A DNA stretch of 45,264 bases from Thiobacillaceae bacterium (lineage in GTDB: Bacteria; Pseudomonadota; Gammaproteobacteria; Burkholderiales; Thiobacillaceae), in the NCBI GenBank assembly GCA_041752155.1, contig JBGSHR010000238.1:1-45264 (forward strand), in the 5' to 3' direction. This document shows, one piece after another, positions 11,477 to 21,582 of this stretch. The position numbers and the translations under genes were made by a program. Every line of letters begins with the position of its first letter. Within the stretch, counting starts at the first letter, position 1. The notes under the pieces were generated by a model, which worked only from the letters and a program-made list of their open reading frames with translations, had not been told where the DNA came from and ran no database searches.

Positions 11477-12925
11477 ATGGGGCAGGAGATCGCGCGCACG
11501 GTTTTCTCGGCAGATGATTTCCAGCGCTTTCATGGGGCTCTCGCCGAGGAGACCCGGCAGCTGGCTGCCTTTGCGCGGGACGGTGGATTCATGGATCCAC
11601 GTTACGTGGTCGGGTTCGAACTGGAGGCTTGGCTGTTGGATCATGCCGGTCTGCCCAATCCCATCAACCAGCCCTTCCTGAAAGCCTTGCACGATCCGTT
11701 GGTGGTGCCGGAACTCTCCCGCTTCAATGTGGAGATCAACGGGCCGCCCCAGGAAATGGGCCCCGGCGCGTTGTCGGCACTGGAATATTCCCTGCGCGCT
11801 ACCTGGGCCCGATGCCAGGATACCGCCCACGCCATGGACACCATGCTGGCCATGATCGGCATTCTGCCCACGATCCGCGACGAAGACCTGGGTCTGGCAA
11901 ACCTCTCAGCCCAGAATCGCTATGTCGCGCTCAATCAGCAAGTCCAGCGGCAGCGGGCCGGTGAACCGATTTGCATCGATATCGACGGGATGGACCCGCT
12001 CCGGATAAAGCGGCCGGACGTCATGTTGGAAGCCGCCACCACCTCGTTTCAGGTGCATCTGCAGGTGCCTTATCACCAGGCCGGTCGTCATTACAACGCC
12101 GCGCTGATTGCCAGCGCCCCGGTCCTGGCGGCCTCCACCAATTCACCGCTGCTGTTTGGCCACAGGCTGTGGCGCGAGACCCGCATCCCCCTGTTCGAGC
12201 AGTCGGTGGAACTGGGCGGTTATGGCGGCCTGGCGGATCGGACGGTACGCCGCGTCACATTCGGTCGGAGCTATGTGGACCGGGATCTCATGGACCTGTT
12301 CCTGGAGAACCTGACGCTCTATCCGGTTCTTTTGCCCATGGGGCAACTGTCCACCGGGCAAAACTATCCCCACTTGCGTCTGCACAATGGCTGTATCTGG
12401 CGCTGGGTCAGGCCCCTGCTCGGTTTCGATGCGGATGGCTTGCCCCATGTGCGCATCGAACAGCGGGTGTTGCCCAGCGGTCCCACAATCCTGGACATGA
12501 TGGCCAATGCCGCCTTTCATTTCGGTCTTACCCATGCCCTCGCCAGCAGTCCCAGGGCGCCGGAGCGGGAACTGGCCTTCGTGGATGCCAGCGCCAATTT
12601 CTACCGCGCCGCGCGGGAAGGCCTCGATGCCCGGCTGGTATGGTTGGACGGACGCAGCTACCCGGCGCCGGAGCTGATCCAGGCGTGGTGTTTGCCCCTG
12701 GCACGCCAGGGGCTTGCAGATCTCGGCCTGGAGTCAGCCGAGGTGGAGCGTTATCTGGATGTGTTGGCGGCTCGGGTAGCCAGCGGCCAGACCGGGGCAG
12801 AGTGGCAACTGGGCCGGCTGGCACGCGAGCGGGGGGATGTGGCGCGCATGATGGAGGTCTATTTGCATAACCAACGTGCCGACTTGCCGGTGCATGAATG
12901 GGATGTCCGAGAAGATCCATGCTGA
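11477..12925 (+). CDS. GCS2-family carboxylate-amine ligase (glutamate-cysteine ligase family 2-like), substrate unknown
   Basis: 482 aa. The GFELEAWLLD...FNVEINGPP...TTSFQVHLQVP...PLLFGHRLWRETRIPLFEQS pattern is typical of the GCS2/YbdK-type fold. The assignment rests on motif recall only. Confidence 0.7.
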   Translation: MGQEIARTVFSADDFQRFHGALAEETRQLAAFARDGGFMDPRYVVGFELEAWLLDHAGLPNPINQPFLKALHDPLVVPELSRFNVEINGPPQEMGPGALSALEYSLRATWARCQDTAHAMDTMLAMIGILPTIRDEDLGLANLSAQNRYVALNQQVQRQRAGEPICIDIDGMDPLRIKRPDVMLEAATTSFQVHLQVPYHQAGRHYNAALIASAPVLAASTNSPLLFGHRLWRETRIPLFEQSVELGGYGGLADRTVRRVTFGRSYVDRDLMDLFLENLTLYPVLLPMGQLSTGQNYPHLRLHNGCIWRWVRPLLGFDADGLPHVRIEQRVLPSGPTILDMMANAAFHFGLTHALASSPRAPERELAFVDASANFYRAAREGLDARLVWLDGRSYPAPELIQAWCLPLARQGLADLGLESAEVERYLDVLAARVASGQTGAEWQLGRLARERGDVARMMEVYLHNQRADLPVHEWDVREDPC

Positions 12926-13941
12926 CCATTTACGACCATGTCCCCCACGGACTACTGCACCAAGCGGCAGCCGGCCTTGGGGAGATACTGTCGGGCCCAA
13001 CGTTGCTCCACCTGCCCGGCCGGCGCCCGGATGCGCTATTCGTCTCCGTGCTGCTGCACGGCAACGAGGACACGGGGTGGCTGGCGGCTCGGGCGATCCT
13101 GCGCAAATACGCACAGATGCCGTTGCCGCGCGCTTTGTCCCTGTTTATCGGCAACCTGGAGGCGGCGCGGGTGGGCGTGCGCCGCCTGGATGGCCAGCCG
13201 GACTACAACCGCGTCTGGCCCGGTAGCCCGGAGCGCCATCTGCCCGAAGCCGCCATGATGGCGCGGGTGGTGGAGGAGATGCGGGTACGTCAGGTGTTCG
13301 CCAGCATCGACATCCACAACAACACCGGGCTGAATCCCCACTACGCCTGCGTCAACCGGCTGGACCGGGATTTTCTCCATCTCGCCCGCTTGTTCTCGCG
13401 CACGGTGGTTTATTTCGTGCGTCCCCTGGGGGTGCAGTCCGCCGCCTTCGCCGAGTTTTGTCCCGCCGTCACGCTGGAGTGCGGCAAGCCCGGAGCGCCA
13501 GGCAGCGTGGAACATGCGGTGGAGTTCCTGGAGTCCTGTCTGCACCTGTCGGAATTTCCTGTCCATCCGGTGGCTGCCGGCGATGTGGATCTATTCCATA
13601 CCGTCGCCACGGTCAAGGTGCCGGAACACCTGAGTTTCGGTTTCGGTCCCCAGGGTTTTGATATCGAGTTTGCCCCGGAGCTGGACCACTTCAACTTCCA
13701 GGAGCTGGCATCGGGCACCCTCTTGGGGCGGACTCGTCCGGGCGGGTGGGCCTGTCTCGCCGCGCTGGATGAACAGGGCCAGGACGTGGGCAGACGGCTG
13801 TTCGATTGCGCCGATGGCCTGATTCGTCTGAAGCGGGCGCTGATGCCCGCCATGCTCACCCGGGACGAGCGGGTGATCCGCCAGGATTGCCTGTGCTACC
13901 TCATGGAACGCCTGCCTTACCCGGACGCGCGGGAGCGTTGA
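12919..13941 (+). CDS. Succinylglutamate desuccinylase/aspartoacylase-family (M14-like) zinc hydrolase
   Basis: The family Zn-binding motif is present (VSVLLHGNEDTGW, then DYNRVWPG, then IDIHNN). The ATG at 12919 overlaps the upstream stop (ATGCTGA). Confidence 0.7.
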   Translation: MLTIYDHVPHGLLHQAAAGLGEILSGPTLLHLPGRRPDALFVSVLLHGNEDTGWLAARAILRKYAQMPLPRALSLFIGNLEAARVGVRRLDGQPDYNRVWPGSPERHLPEAAMMARVVEEMRVRQVFASIDIHNNTGLNPHYACVNRLDRDFLHLARLFSRTVVYFVRPLGVQSAAFAEFCPAVTLECGKPGAPGSVEHAVEFLESCLHLSEFPVHPVAAGDVDLFHTVATVKVPEHLSFGFGPQGFDIEFAPELDHFNFQELASGTLLGRTRPGGWACLAALDEQGQDVGRRLFDCADGLIRLKRALMPAMLTRDERVIRQDCLCYLMERLPYPDARER

Positions 13942-13983
13942 GGGAAACCGGGTCATATTTCCGCATTATTTCTGCAATCGTTG

Positions 13984-14012
13984 TTTACCCGGTGTTCCTA
14001 ACCCCATATAAT
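13984..14012 (+). promoter_or_regulatory. Candidate sigma-70 promoter for tRNA-Pro (and possibly surE)
   Basis: TTTACC-N17-TATAAT followed by the GC-rich discriminator GCGCGGCG, immediately upstream of the tRNA. Confidence 0.45.
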
Positions 14013-14022
14013 GCGCGGCGTT

Positions 14023-14100
<78 letters not shown>

Positions 14101-14125
14101 TTTTTCTCTCCTATTTTCGCGGCTC

Positions 14126-14872
14126 ATGCGAATTCTCCTAAGCAACGACGACGGCTATTTTGCACCAGGACTGGCCGCCCTCGCCGCAACCCTTACCAGC
14201 CATGGTCATGACGTCACGGTAGTCGCGCCCGAGCGCGACCGCAGTGGTGCGAGCAATTCCCTGACCCTGGACCGGCCGCTTATGGTGCGCCAGACGCCAT
14301 CCGGGTTTCATTACGTCAACGGTACGCCCACGGATTGCGTGCATCTGGCCGTAACCGGCTTGCTGCCCCAATTGCCGGACATGGTGATTTCCGGCATCAA
14401 CCACGGCGCCAACATGGGGGACGATACTGTCTATTCCGGCACCGTGGCGGCGGCGACCGAGGGGTTTCTTCTGGGCATTCCCTCCGTGGCGGTCTCCCTG
14501 GCCAATCTCCAGGGCGAACATTTCCAGGTGGCGGCGGACTTTGTGGCGGAGCTTGCCGGGCGTTTCGCCGCCCAACCCTTTCCCGAGCATGTGCTGCTCA
14601 ACGTGAATGTGCCGGATGTGCCGGCGGACCAGATCCAGGGCGTGGAGGTCACGCGTCTGGGGCGGCGCCACAAGGCCCAGGACACGGTCAAGACCATCAA
14701 TCCCCGCAACCAGACCATGTATTGGGTCGGCGCGGCGGGGGCGGCCCAGGACGCCGGGCCGGGCACGGATTTCCTGGCCATTTCCAAAGGGCGTATTTCC
14801 ATCACCCCCTTGCAACTCGATCTCACTCGCTATGCCCAGATGGATCTGGTGCAAGACTGGCTGAAGCGATGA
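14126..14872 (+). CDS. surE: 5'/3'-nucleotidase SurE
   Basis: [16 protein letters not shown]...[22 protein letters not shown]. The ORF-track start at 14060 would overlap tRNA-Pro. Confidence 0.95.
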   Translation: MRILLSNDDGYFAPGLAALAATLTSHGHDVTVVAPERDRSGASNSLTLDRPLMVRQTPSGFHYVNGTPTDCVHLAVTGLLPQLPDMVISGINHGANMGDDTVYSGTVAAATEGFLLGIPSVAVSLANLQGEHFQVAADFVAELAGRFAAQPFPEHVLLNVNVPDVPADQIQGVEVTRLGRRHKAQDTVKTINPRNQTMYWVGAAGAAQDAGPGTDFLAISKGRISITPLQLDLTRYAQMDLVQDWLKR

Positions 14873-15525
14873 GCAGCTCCGGCATCGGCATGACCTCCCA
14901 GCGGGCGCGGGCGCGCATGCTCGAGCGCTTGAAGGAACAGGGGATCAAGGACCCCATGGTGCTGGCCGCCATGGGCGCCATACCGCGTCATCAGTTCCTG
15001 GAAGAAGGCATTCAGCAGCGCGCCTACGATGACACCCCCTTGCCCATCGGCCAGGGCCAGACCATCTCCAGTCCGTATATCGTCGCCCTGAGTTGCGAAT
15101 TGATATGCCAGGGCCGCGCCCTGGAGCGCGTCCTGGAGATCGGTGGTGGTTGCGGTTACCAGGCGGCGGTGTTGTCCAAGCTGGCGAAGGAGGTGGTGAG
15201 CCTGGAGCGCATCACCAAGCTGGTGGGACGGGCACGCCAGAACCTGCGCGATATCCGCATCAACAACGTGCTGATCAAGAATGCCGACGGCAGCCTGGGT
15301 TTTTCCACCGGCGCGCCTTACGATGCCATTGTCGTGGCGGCGGCCATGCCCTACATCCCCGAGGCCCTGAAGCAGCAGCTCAAGCCCGGGGCGAGACTGG
15401 TGGCCCCGGTCGGCGCGGGCGACGTGCAACGCTTGATCATGGTGGAAGCCCTGCCGGAAGGCGGCTTTAGCGAGAAAGAGCTGGAGGCGGTGAAATTCGT
15501 TCCACTCCTGTCCGGAGTCAGTTGA
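14869..15525 (+). CDS. pcm: Protein-L-isoaspartate O-methyltransferase
   Basis: [10 protein letters not shown]...[15 protein letters not shown]...[19 protein letters not shown] overlap with the surE stop. Confidence 0.94.
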   Translation: MSSSGIGMTSQRARARMLERLKEQGIKDPMVLAAMGAIPRHQFLEEGIQQRAYDDTPLPIGQGQTISSPYIVALSCELICQGRALERVLEIGGGCGYQAAVLSKLAKEVVSLERITKLVGRARQNLRDIRINNVLIKNADGSLGFSTGAPYDAIVVAAAMPYIPEALKQQLKPGARLVAPVGAGDVQRLIMVEALPEGGFSEKELEAVKFVPLLSGVS

Positions 15526-16277
15526 CTCTTATATTTGCCTTGCTGGCGGCGCTCTGGCTGTCTGGTTGTGGTGGCGCCCGCTACGCCGCTCCTGTGAGCG
15601 ATGCCTCCCGTTCGAGCAGTCATCGGCCGACTCCGGCCAAGTCCTATCCCCCCGCTCCTCCAGGCCAATATCGGGTTTTGCCAGGTGATACCTTGTACCA
15701 GATCGCCTTCGACCACGGCCTGGATTACAAGGATCTGGCCGCCTGGAACAAGCTGGTCGATCCCGACCATATCGCCGCCGGCAGCGCCTTGCGCCTCACT
15801 CCCCCCAAGGCGCCGGTGAGGCTCACCGCGTTGCCCAGCAACCCGTCTGCCGAACCGCGACCCTTGCCGGCGGAACCTACCGTCGCCAGCATGGTGTCGG
15901 AAGATGCCCCCGTCCTTTGGAGCTGGCCCAGCCGGGGGCAAATATTGACCTCGTTCGGTGAAGGCCTGAATAAAGGGATCGATATCGCCGGCCGCAAAGG
16001 CCAACAGGTTCAGGCCGCGGCGGCGGGCCGGGTGGTCTATGCGGGTTCCGGCTTGCGGGGGTATGGAAAACTCATCATCATCCGTCACAACAAGCACCTG
16101 CTGTCCGCCTATGCCCACAATGCGCGCATCCTGGTGGTCGAAGGGCAAAATGTCGCGCGCGGCCAGGGTATCGGCGAGATGGGCGACACGGATGCGGACC
16201 GTACCAAACTGCATTTTGAGATTCGCGAGCACGGCAAGCCCGTGGATCCTATGAACTACCTAACTACTGCCGGCTGA
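15522..16277 (+). CDS. nlpD: LysM-domain M23 metallopeptidase lipoprotein (NlpD)
   Basis: Lipobox LSGC; LysM motif ([14 protein letters not shown]...LAAWN); M23 C-terminus ([19 protein letters not shown]...[10 protein letters not shown]). The TTG start overlaps the pcm stop (TTGA). Confidence 0.88.
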   Translation: MTLIFALLAALWLSGCGGARYAAPVSDASRSSSHRPTPAKSYPPAPPGQYRVLPGDTLYQIAFDHGLDYKDLAAWNKLVDPDHIAAGSALRLTPPKAPVRLTALPSNPSAEPRPLPAEPTVASMVSEDAPVLWSWPSRGQILTSFGEGLNKGIDIAGRKGQQVQAAAAGRVVYAGSGLRGYGKLIIIRHNKHLLSAYAHNARILVVEGQNVARGQGIGEMGDTDADRTKLHFEIREHGKPVDPMNYLTTAG

Positions 16278-16296
16278 GAGAGTGTGAGGATGCAAG

Positions 16297-17238
16297 ATGC
16301 AAGAAGAGAACGAGCTCGAACCTGAAGGTGAATTGGAGCCATCTGTTGAACAAGAGGTGGAAGAGGGGCATGAATCTACTCATGCCGAAGTGAGCCATGA
16401 GTACGAAGCGGCGCAGGACGTCACCCAGATATACCTGAATGAAATCGGTCGGGAGCAGTTGCTGACCCCCGCTCAGGAACGCTCCTTGGCTCAGCAGGTC
16501 AGGGAAGGGGATTTCCCGGCGCGCCAGAAGATGATCGAACACAATTTGCGCCTGGTGGTGAACATCGCCAAGCACTACATCAACCGCGGCTTGTCGCTGC
16601 TGGATCTGATCGAGGAAGGCAACCTGGGGCTGATGCATGCCCTGGAAAAATTCGAACCGGAGCGGGGCTTCCGCTTTTCCACCTACGCCACTTGGTGGAT
16701 ACGCCAGAACATCGAGCGGGCCATCATGAACCAGTCCCGCACCATTCGCCTGCCGGTGCATGTCATCAAGGAACTCAACGTCTATCTGCGCGCCCAGCGC
16801 CATCTGGAGACCCATGGCGTACCGGACGCCGGCCCGGAGGAGATTGCCCACCTCACCGGCAAGACGGTGGAAGAGGTGCGTCGGATACTGGCCCTCAACG
16901 ACCGGGTCGCCTCCCTGGATGCGCCCTTGGACATCGATCCGACACTTTCCATCGGCGAGGCCATCGCCGATGACCGCTCGGAACAGCCGGAAGACATGTT
17001 GCAGACCGCCGAGGTGGAGCACTACGTGCAGGAGTGGCTGACCGAGCTGTCCGACAAGCACCGCTGGGTGATCGAGCGCCGTTTCGGCCTCGACCACCAG
17101 GACGTGGCCACCCTGGAGGATCTGGCCGAGCACCTGGGCGTGACCCGGGAGCGGGTGCGCCAGATCCAACTGGAAGCCTTGCAGACCCTGCGCCGCATCC
17201 TGCGCCGCAAGGGCATGTCCAAGGACGGGTTGCTGTGA
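16297..17238 (+). CDS. rpoS: RNA polymerase sigma factor RpoS
   Basis: 313 aa. Sigma-70 regions 1.2-4 are present ([34 protein letters not shown], ...). It sits in the conserved surE-pcm-nlpD-rpoS context. Confidence 0.93.
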   Translation: MQEENELEPEGELEPSVEQEVEEGHESTHAEVSHEYEAAQDVTQIYLNEIGREQLLTPAQERSLAQQVREGDFPARQKMIEHNLRLVVNIAKHYINRGLSLLDLIEEGNLGLMHALEKFEPERGFRFSTYATWWIRQNIERAIMNQSRTIRLPVHVIKELNVYLRAQRHLETHGVPDAGPEEIAHLTGKTVEEVRRILALNDRVASLDAPLDIDPTLSIGEAIADDRSEQPEDMLQTAEVEHYVQEWLTELSDKHRWVIERRFGLDHQDVATLEDLAEHLGVTRERVRQIQLEALQTLRRILRRKGMSKDGLL

Positions 17239-17903
17239 CGGCGACGTTGCCCTGGGATCAGATCGACACCGTCTTGCTGGACATGGATGGCACCCTGCTG
17301 GACCTGCATTACGACAACCACTTCTGGCAGGTTTATGTGCCGGAAAGGTTTGCCGAGAAGCACGGCCTGCCTTATCAGGACGCCCATGCCGAGTGTTTTC
17401 GCCGCTATGACGCCAAGGCGGGAACCCTGGACTGGTACTGCGTGGATTATTGGACCGAGCAGCTCGACCTGGACATCGCCCACTTGAAGCAGGAGGTCGC
17501 CCACCTGATCGCCGTGCATCCCGATGTGCCGGAATTCCTGGCCGCGGTGAAGGCCGCCGGCAAGCGGGTGGTGCTGGTCACCAATGCTCATCTCAAGAGC
17601 TTGAATTTGAAGATGGATCGCACCGGCTTGCATGTGCATTTCGATGCCATGTACGTCTCCCACGAATACGGTATCGCCAAGGAAGAACCGGCATTCTGGG
17701 GCGCGCTACAAGTCAACGAGGCGTTCGATCCGGCCCGTACCTTGTTGGTGGACGACAGCCTGCCCGTGCTGCGCTCGGCCCAGAGTTTCGGCATCGCCCA
17801 TTTGCTTGCCGTGTTTCGTCCCGACACCCAATTGCCGGACAAGGACGTGGGCGAGTTTGCCGCCATCCGCCGTTTCGGAGAGATCATGCCGGTGGCGCCA
17901 TGA
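17235..17903 (+). CDS. HAD-superfamily hydrolase, YrfG-like GMP/IMP nucleotidase
   Basis: [21 protein letters not shown] (HAD motif I) and VLVTNA (motif II). A GTG start is required upstream of motif I and overlaps the rpoS stop (GTGA). Confidence 0.8.
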   Translation: MTATLPWDQIDTVLLDMDGTLLDLHYDNHFWQVYVPERFAEKHGLPYQDAHAECFRRYDAKAGTLDWYCVDYWTEQLDLDIAHLKQEVAHLIAVHPDVPEFLAAVKAAGKRVVLVTNAHLKSLNLKMDRTGLHVHFDAMYVSHEYGIAKEEPAFWGALQVNEAFDPARTLLVDDSLPVLRSAQSFGIAHLLAVFRPDTQLPDKDVGEFAAIRRFGEIMPVAP

Positions 17904-18586
17904 CCTTATCCAAAGTCGATTGCGATGCCCTGCGCCGGGTTTACCTGTTTTCCGGCCTGGAAGACGGCGAATACTTGGAAGCCATCGAGCACGCCAGCGC
18001 TCTCCAGGTGGCGCCAGGGCAGATGTTGTTCAGCCAAGGCGATACCGCTCAGGCCATCTACTGGGTGGCCGAAGGAGTGATCCGCCTGTTCCGCGCCTCG
18101 CCCCAGGGCGATGAAAAGGTGATTGAACTGGTGGGGGCCAACCGTCTTTTTGCCGAAGCGGTCCTGTTCATGGGCGGACGTTACCCGGTCAATGCCGTGG
18201 CCCAGACCCCGGCTCGGCTCATCGCCATCGACGGTCCGGCGTTCAAGGAGTGGCTGGCCAAGGACGCCAACCGTTGCTTCCGCCTCATGGCCGGCATGAG
18301 TGCCCGCCTGCACAAACTGGTGAACGAGATTGACCGGCTCACCCTGATGAAAGGGGCGGATCGCCTGTTGCAGTATCTGCTGGACCATTCCGACCCGGAT
18401 GAAACCGGCCGGCAGAAGGTGGAATGGGAGGCGCCCAAGCAGGTCATCGCCTCGCGCATCGGCGTCAAGCCGGAAACCTTGTCGCGTCTGCTGCATAAAC
18501 TGACCGACCAGGGCTGTATCGAGGTGTCGGAGCATATCCTCTACATCAGCGATGCGGAGCAGTTGCGCCAAGCCGAGTTGGACTAG
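17900..18586 (+). CDS. Crp/Fnr-family transcriptional regulator (no FNR-type N-terminal Cys cluster)
   Basis: cNMP-binding-like beta-barrel (LFSQGDTAQAIYWVAEGVIRL) plus a C-terminal HTH (VIASRIGVKPETLSRLLHKL). ATGA overlap with the HAD gene stop. Confidence 0.88.
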   Translation: MTLSKVDCDALRRVYLFSGLEDGEYLEAIEHASALQVAPGQMLFSQGDTAQAIYWVAEGVIRLFRASPQGDEKVIELVGANRLFAEAVLFMGGRYPVNAVAQTPARLIAIDGPAFKEWLAKDANRCFRLMAGMSARLHKLVNEIDRLTLMKGADRLLQYLLDHSDPDETGRQKVEWEAPKQVIASRIGVKPETLSRLLHKLTDQGCIEVSEHILYISDAEQLRQAELD

Positions 18587-18619
18587 CGGCTCGCCACACG
18601 GGCGCGTCCTGCGTCCAGG

Positions 18620-18991
18620 TTAATCCCCCAGGATCAAGGCCGCGGCCACCCGCCGGCCTTCCGCCGCCAGGATGTTGTAGGTGCGGCAGGCGGCGGCGGT
18701 ATCCATCACCTCCACACCGATACGTGCTTTGATCAGGCCGGCGTAAAGGCCGGGCGCGGGGAAGCGCATGCGCCCGCCGGTGCCCAGCAGCACGATCTCC
18801 GGGGCGCGCATGGCCAAGGCGTCGAAATGGACAGCTTGCAGGGCGGCGAAGCCTTGGGCCCAATCGTTTACCACCTCATCTGGCAGGACGATCAGGCAGC
18901 GCTCGTGGCGCTCGCCATTCACCAGGATGTAGTCGGGCCCATAACCGTTGATCTGGTTTACCCCGGCCGTTTTGGACAAATGAAGTTTCAT
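18620..18991 (-). CDS. Mth938-like (DUF498/NDUFAF3-like) domain protein
   Basis: 123 aa. The pattern I.GYG...I.VNG......IVLP...V..W......PEIVLLGTG......P......GIGVEVMDT.AACRTYNIL..EGR.V is typical of this family. Confidence 0.75.
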   Translation of the reverse strand: MKLHLSKTAGVNQINGYGPDYILVNGERHERCLIVLPDEVVNDWAQGFAALQAVHFDALAMRAPEIVLLGTGGRMRFPAPGLYAGLIKARIGVEVMDTAAACRTYNILAAEGRRVAAALILGD

Positions 18992-19065
18992 TGAATGTGT
19001 CGCTGGATTGCCCGTGAAATGGGCACTCGGGTAAGATTACATGCTTTTACGGCGCCCGGTCACCG

Positions 19066-20253
19066 ATGGACGAGTTTCCCAGAATTTCGCGACTACCGCC
19101 TTATGTGTTCAACATCACCGGCGACCTGAAAATGGCCGCCCGGCGACGGGGCGAGGACATTATCGACTTCGGCATGGGCAATCCGGATCAGCCCACGCCG
19201 CCGCATATCGTCGAGAAGATGATCGAGACCGCCCGGCGCGGCGACACCCACCGTTACTCGGTATCCAAGGGCATCCCGCGCCTGCGCAAGGCCATCTGCA
19301 ACTGGTACAAGACCCGCTATGACGTGGATCTGGACCCGGAGAAGGAGGCCATCGCCACCATCGGCTCCAAGGAGGGCATCGCCCACCTGTCCCTGGCCAC
19401 CTTGGATCGGGGCGACATCGTACTGGTGCCCAATCCCAGCTATCCCATCCACATCTACGGCCCGGTGATCGCCGGCGCCGACATCCGCCACATTCCCATG
19501 GTGCCCGGGGTCGACTTCTTCCAGGAGATGGAAACGGCCATCCGCAATCATTGGCCGCGGCCGAAGATGCTCATCCTGAACTTCCCCAGCAATCCCACCA
19601 CCCAGTGCGTGGAGCTGGAGTTCTTCGAGAAGATCGTCGCCATGGCCAAGGAGTACGGCATCTGGGTGGTGCATGATCTGGCCTATGCCGACATCGTCTT
19701 CGACGGCTACAAGGCGCCGTCCATCATGCAGGTGCCGGGCGCCAAGGACGTGGCGGTGGAATTCTTCACCTTGTCCAAGAGCTACAACATGCCCGGCTGG
19801 CGCGTCGGCTTCATGGTGGGCAACCCCAAGCTGTGCGCCGCGCTGGCCCGCATCAAGAGCTACCACGACTACGGCACCTTCACTCCCATCCAGGTGGCGG
19901 CCATAACCGCCCTGGAAGGTCCCCAGGAGTGCGTGGCCGAGATTTGCGACATGTACCGCAAGCGCCGCGATGCCCTGGCAAAGGGCCTGAACGATGTGGG
20001 CTGGAAAGTGGCGGCCCCCAAGGCCACCATGTTCCTGTGGACCCCCATCCCGGAGCCTTATGCCCATCTCAAGTCCCTGGAGTTCTCCAAGAAGTTGCTG
20101 GGAGATGCCAAGGTGGCGGTCTCTCCCGGCATTGGATTCGGCGAATACGGCGACGACCACGTGCGCTTCTCCCTGATTGAAAACGAAATGCGTACGCGTC
20201 AGGCCGTGCGCGGCCTGCGCGACATGTTCAGAAAAGACGGATTAATCAAATGA
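19066..20253 (+). CDS. Class I/II PLP-dependent aminotransferase (AlaC/aspartate aminotransferase-like)
   Basis: 395 aa. RLPPYVFNI..., DFGMGNPD, and [13 protein letters not shown] (PLP-lysine motif). It sits in the conserved position upstream of hom-thrC. Confidence 0.9.
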   Translation: MDEFPRISRLPPYVFNITGDLKMAARRRGEDIIDFGMGNPDQPTPPHIVEKMIETARRGDTHRYSVSKGIPRLRKAICNWYKTRYDVDLDPEKEAIATIGSKEGIAHLSLATLDRGDIVLVPNPSYPIHIYGPVIAGADIRHIPMVPGVDFFQEMETAIRNHWPRPKMLILNFPSNPTTQCVELEFFEKIVAMAKEYGIWVVHDLAYADIVFDGYKAPSIMQVPGAKDVAVEFFTLSKSYNMPGWRVGFMVGNPKLCAALARIKSYHDYGTFTPIQVAAITALEGPQECVAEICDMYRKRRDALAKGLNDVGWKVAAPKATMFLWTPIPEPYAHLKSLEFSKKLLGDAKVAVSPGIGFGEYGDDHVRFSLIENEMRTRQAVRGLRDMFRKDGLIK

Positions 20254-21581
20254 AACCCATGAATGTAGGCCTGCTGGGCATCGGTACGGTAGGCGGCGGT
20301 ACCTGGACGGTCCTGACCCGCAACCAGGAAGAGATCACCCGCCGCGCCGGCCGTCCCATCCAGATCACCGCCGTGGCGGACCGCAACCTGGAGCGCGCCC
20401 GGGAACTGATCGGCGCGGCGGCCCTGGCCGAGGGCAAGGTCCGCCTCACCGACGACGCCTTCAGCGTGGTGAACGACCCGGATATCGACATCGTCGTGGA
20501 ACTCATCGGCGGCTACACCCTGGCCAAGGACCTGGTGCTCAAGGCCATCGAGAACGGCAAGCACGTGGTCACCGCCAACAAGGCCCTGCTCGCCGTGCAT
20601 GGCAACGAGATCTTCGCCGCAGCCCAGAAGAAGGGCGTCATGGTGGCCTTCGAGGCCGCCGTGGCGGGGGGCATTCCCATCATCAAGGCCCTGCGCGAGG
20701 GCCTCACCGCCAACCGCATCCAGTGGCTGGCCGGCATCATCAACGGCACCACCAACTTCATCCTGTCCGAGATGCGCGACAAGGGCTTGCCGTTCGACGC
20801 TGTGCTCAAGCAGGCGCAAGACCTGGGCTACGCCGAGGCGGACCCCACTTTCGACATCGAGGGCGTCGACGCCGCCCACAAGGCGACCTTGATGGCCTCC
20901 ATCGCCTTCGGCATCCCGGTGCAGTTCGACAAATGCCACGTGGAAGGCATCACCAAGCTGGAGTCCAAGGACATCCAGTACGCCGAGCAACTGGGCTACC
21001 GCATCAAGCTGCTGGGTATTGCCAAGCGCAAGGCCAACGGCGTGGAGCTGCGCGTGCATCCCACCCTGATCCCCGGCAAGCGCCTGATCGCCAACGTGGA
21101 GGGCGCCATGAACGCCGTCCTGGTGCAGGGCGATGCCGTCGGCGCCACCCTCTATTACGGCAAGGGCGCCGGCGCCGAGCCCACCGCCAGCGCGGTGATC
21201 GCCGATCTGGTGGACGTCACCCGCCTGCATACCGCCGATCCCCAGAATCGTGTGCCCCATCTGGCGTTCCAGCCGGACCAGCTCTCGGACCTGCCGGTGT
21301 TGCCCATGGACGAGGTGGAGACCGCCTACTACCTGCGTCTGCGCGCCTACGACAAGCCCGGCGTGCTGGCCGAGATCACCCGCATCCTGGCCGATCTGTC
21401 CATCTCCATCGACGCCATGCTGCAGAAGGAGCCGGCCGAGGGCGAGGACCAGGCCGACGTGGTGATGTTGACCCACGTGGCGCGGGAGAAGGACGTCAAC
21501 GCCGCCATCGCGCTTATCGAGGCCTTGCCCAGCATCGCCGGCAAGGTGACGCGCATCCGTCTGGAAGAATTGGGTAGCTGA
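20250..21581 (+). CDS. hom: Homoserine dehydrogenase with C-terminal ACT domain
   Basis: [12 protein letters not shown] Rossmann motif and central [17 protein letters not shown] overlap with the upstream gene. Confidence 0.95.
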   Translation: MKPMNVGLLGIGTVGGGTWTVLTRNQEEITRRAGRPIQITAVADRNLERARELIGAAALAEGKVRLTDDAFSVVNDPDIDIVVELIGGYTLAKDLVLKAIENGKHVVTANKALLAVHGNEIFAAAQKKGVMVAFEAAVAGGIPIIKALREGLTANRIQWLAGIINGTTNFILSEMRDKGLPFDAVLKQAQDLGYAEADPTFDIEGVDAAHKATLMASIAFGIPVQFDKCHVEGITKLESKDIQYAEQLGYRIKLLGIAKRKANGVELRVHPTLIPGKRLIANVEGAMNAVLVQGDAVGATLYYGKGAGAEPTASAVIADLVDVTRLHTADPQNRVPHLAFQPDQLSDLPVLPMDEVETAYYLRLRAYDKPGVLAEITRILADLSISIDAMLQKEPAEGEDQADVVMLTHVAREKDVNAAIALIEALPSIAGKVTRIRLEELGS

Positions 21582-21582
21582 T

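Noticed and set aside
17034-17234. 5' extension of the HAD hydrolase ORF into rpoS
   Set aside because: It is an alternative frame of the rpoS 3' end with a Pro/Gly/Arg-rich translation. The HAD family begins just before motif I, so GTG 17235 is used.
20199-21476. 425-aa ORF antisense to hom
   Set aside because: Same GC-rich shadow-frame signature (poly G/A/L/V/D/H). The hom assignment is secure.
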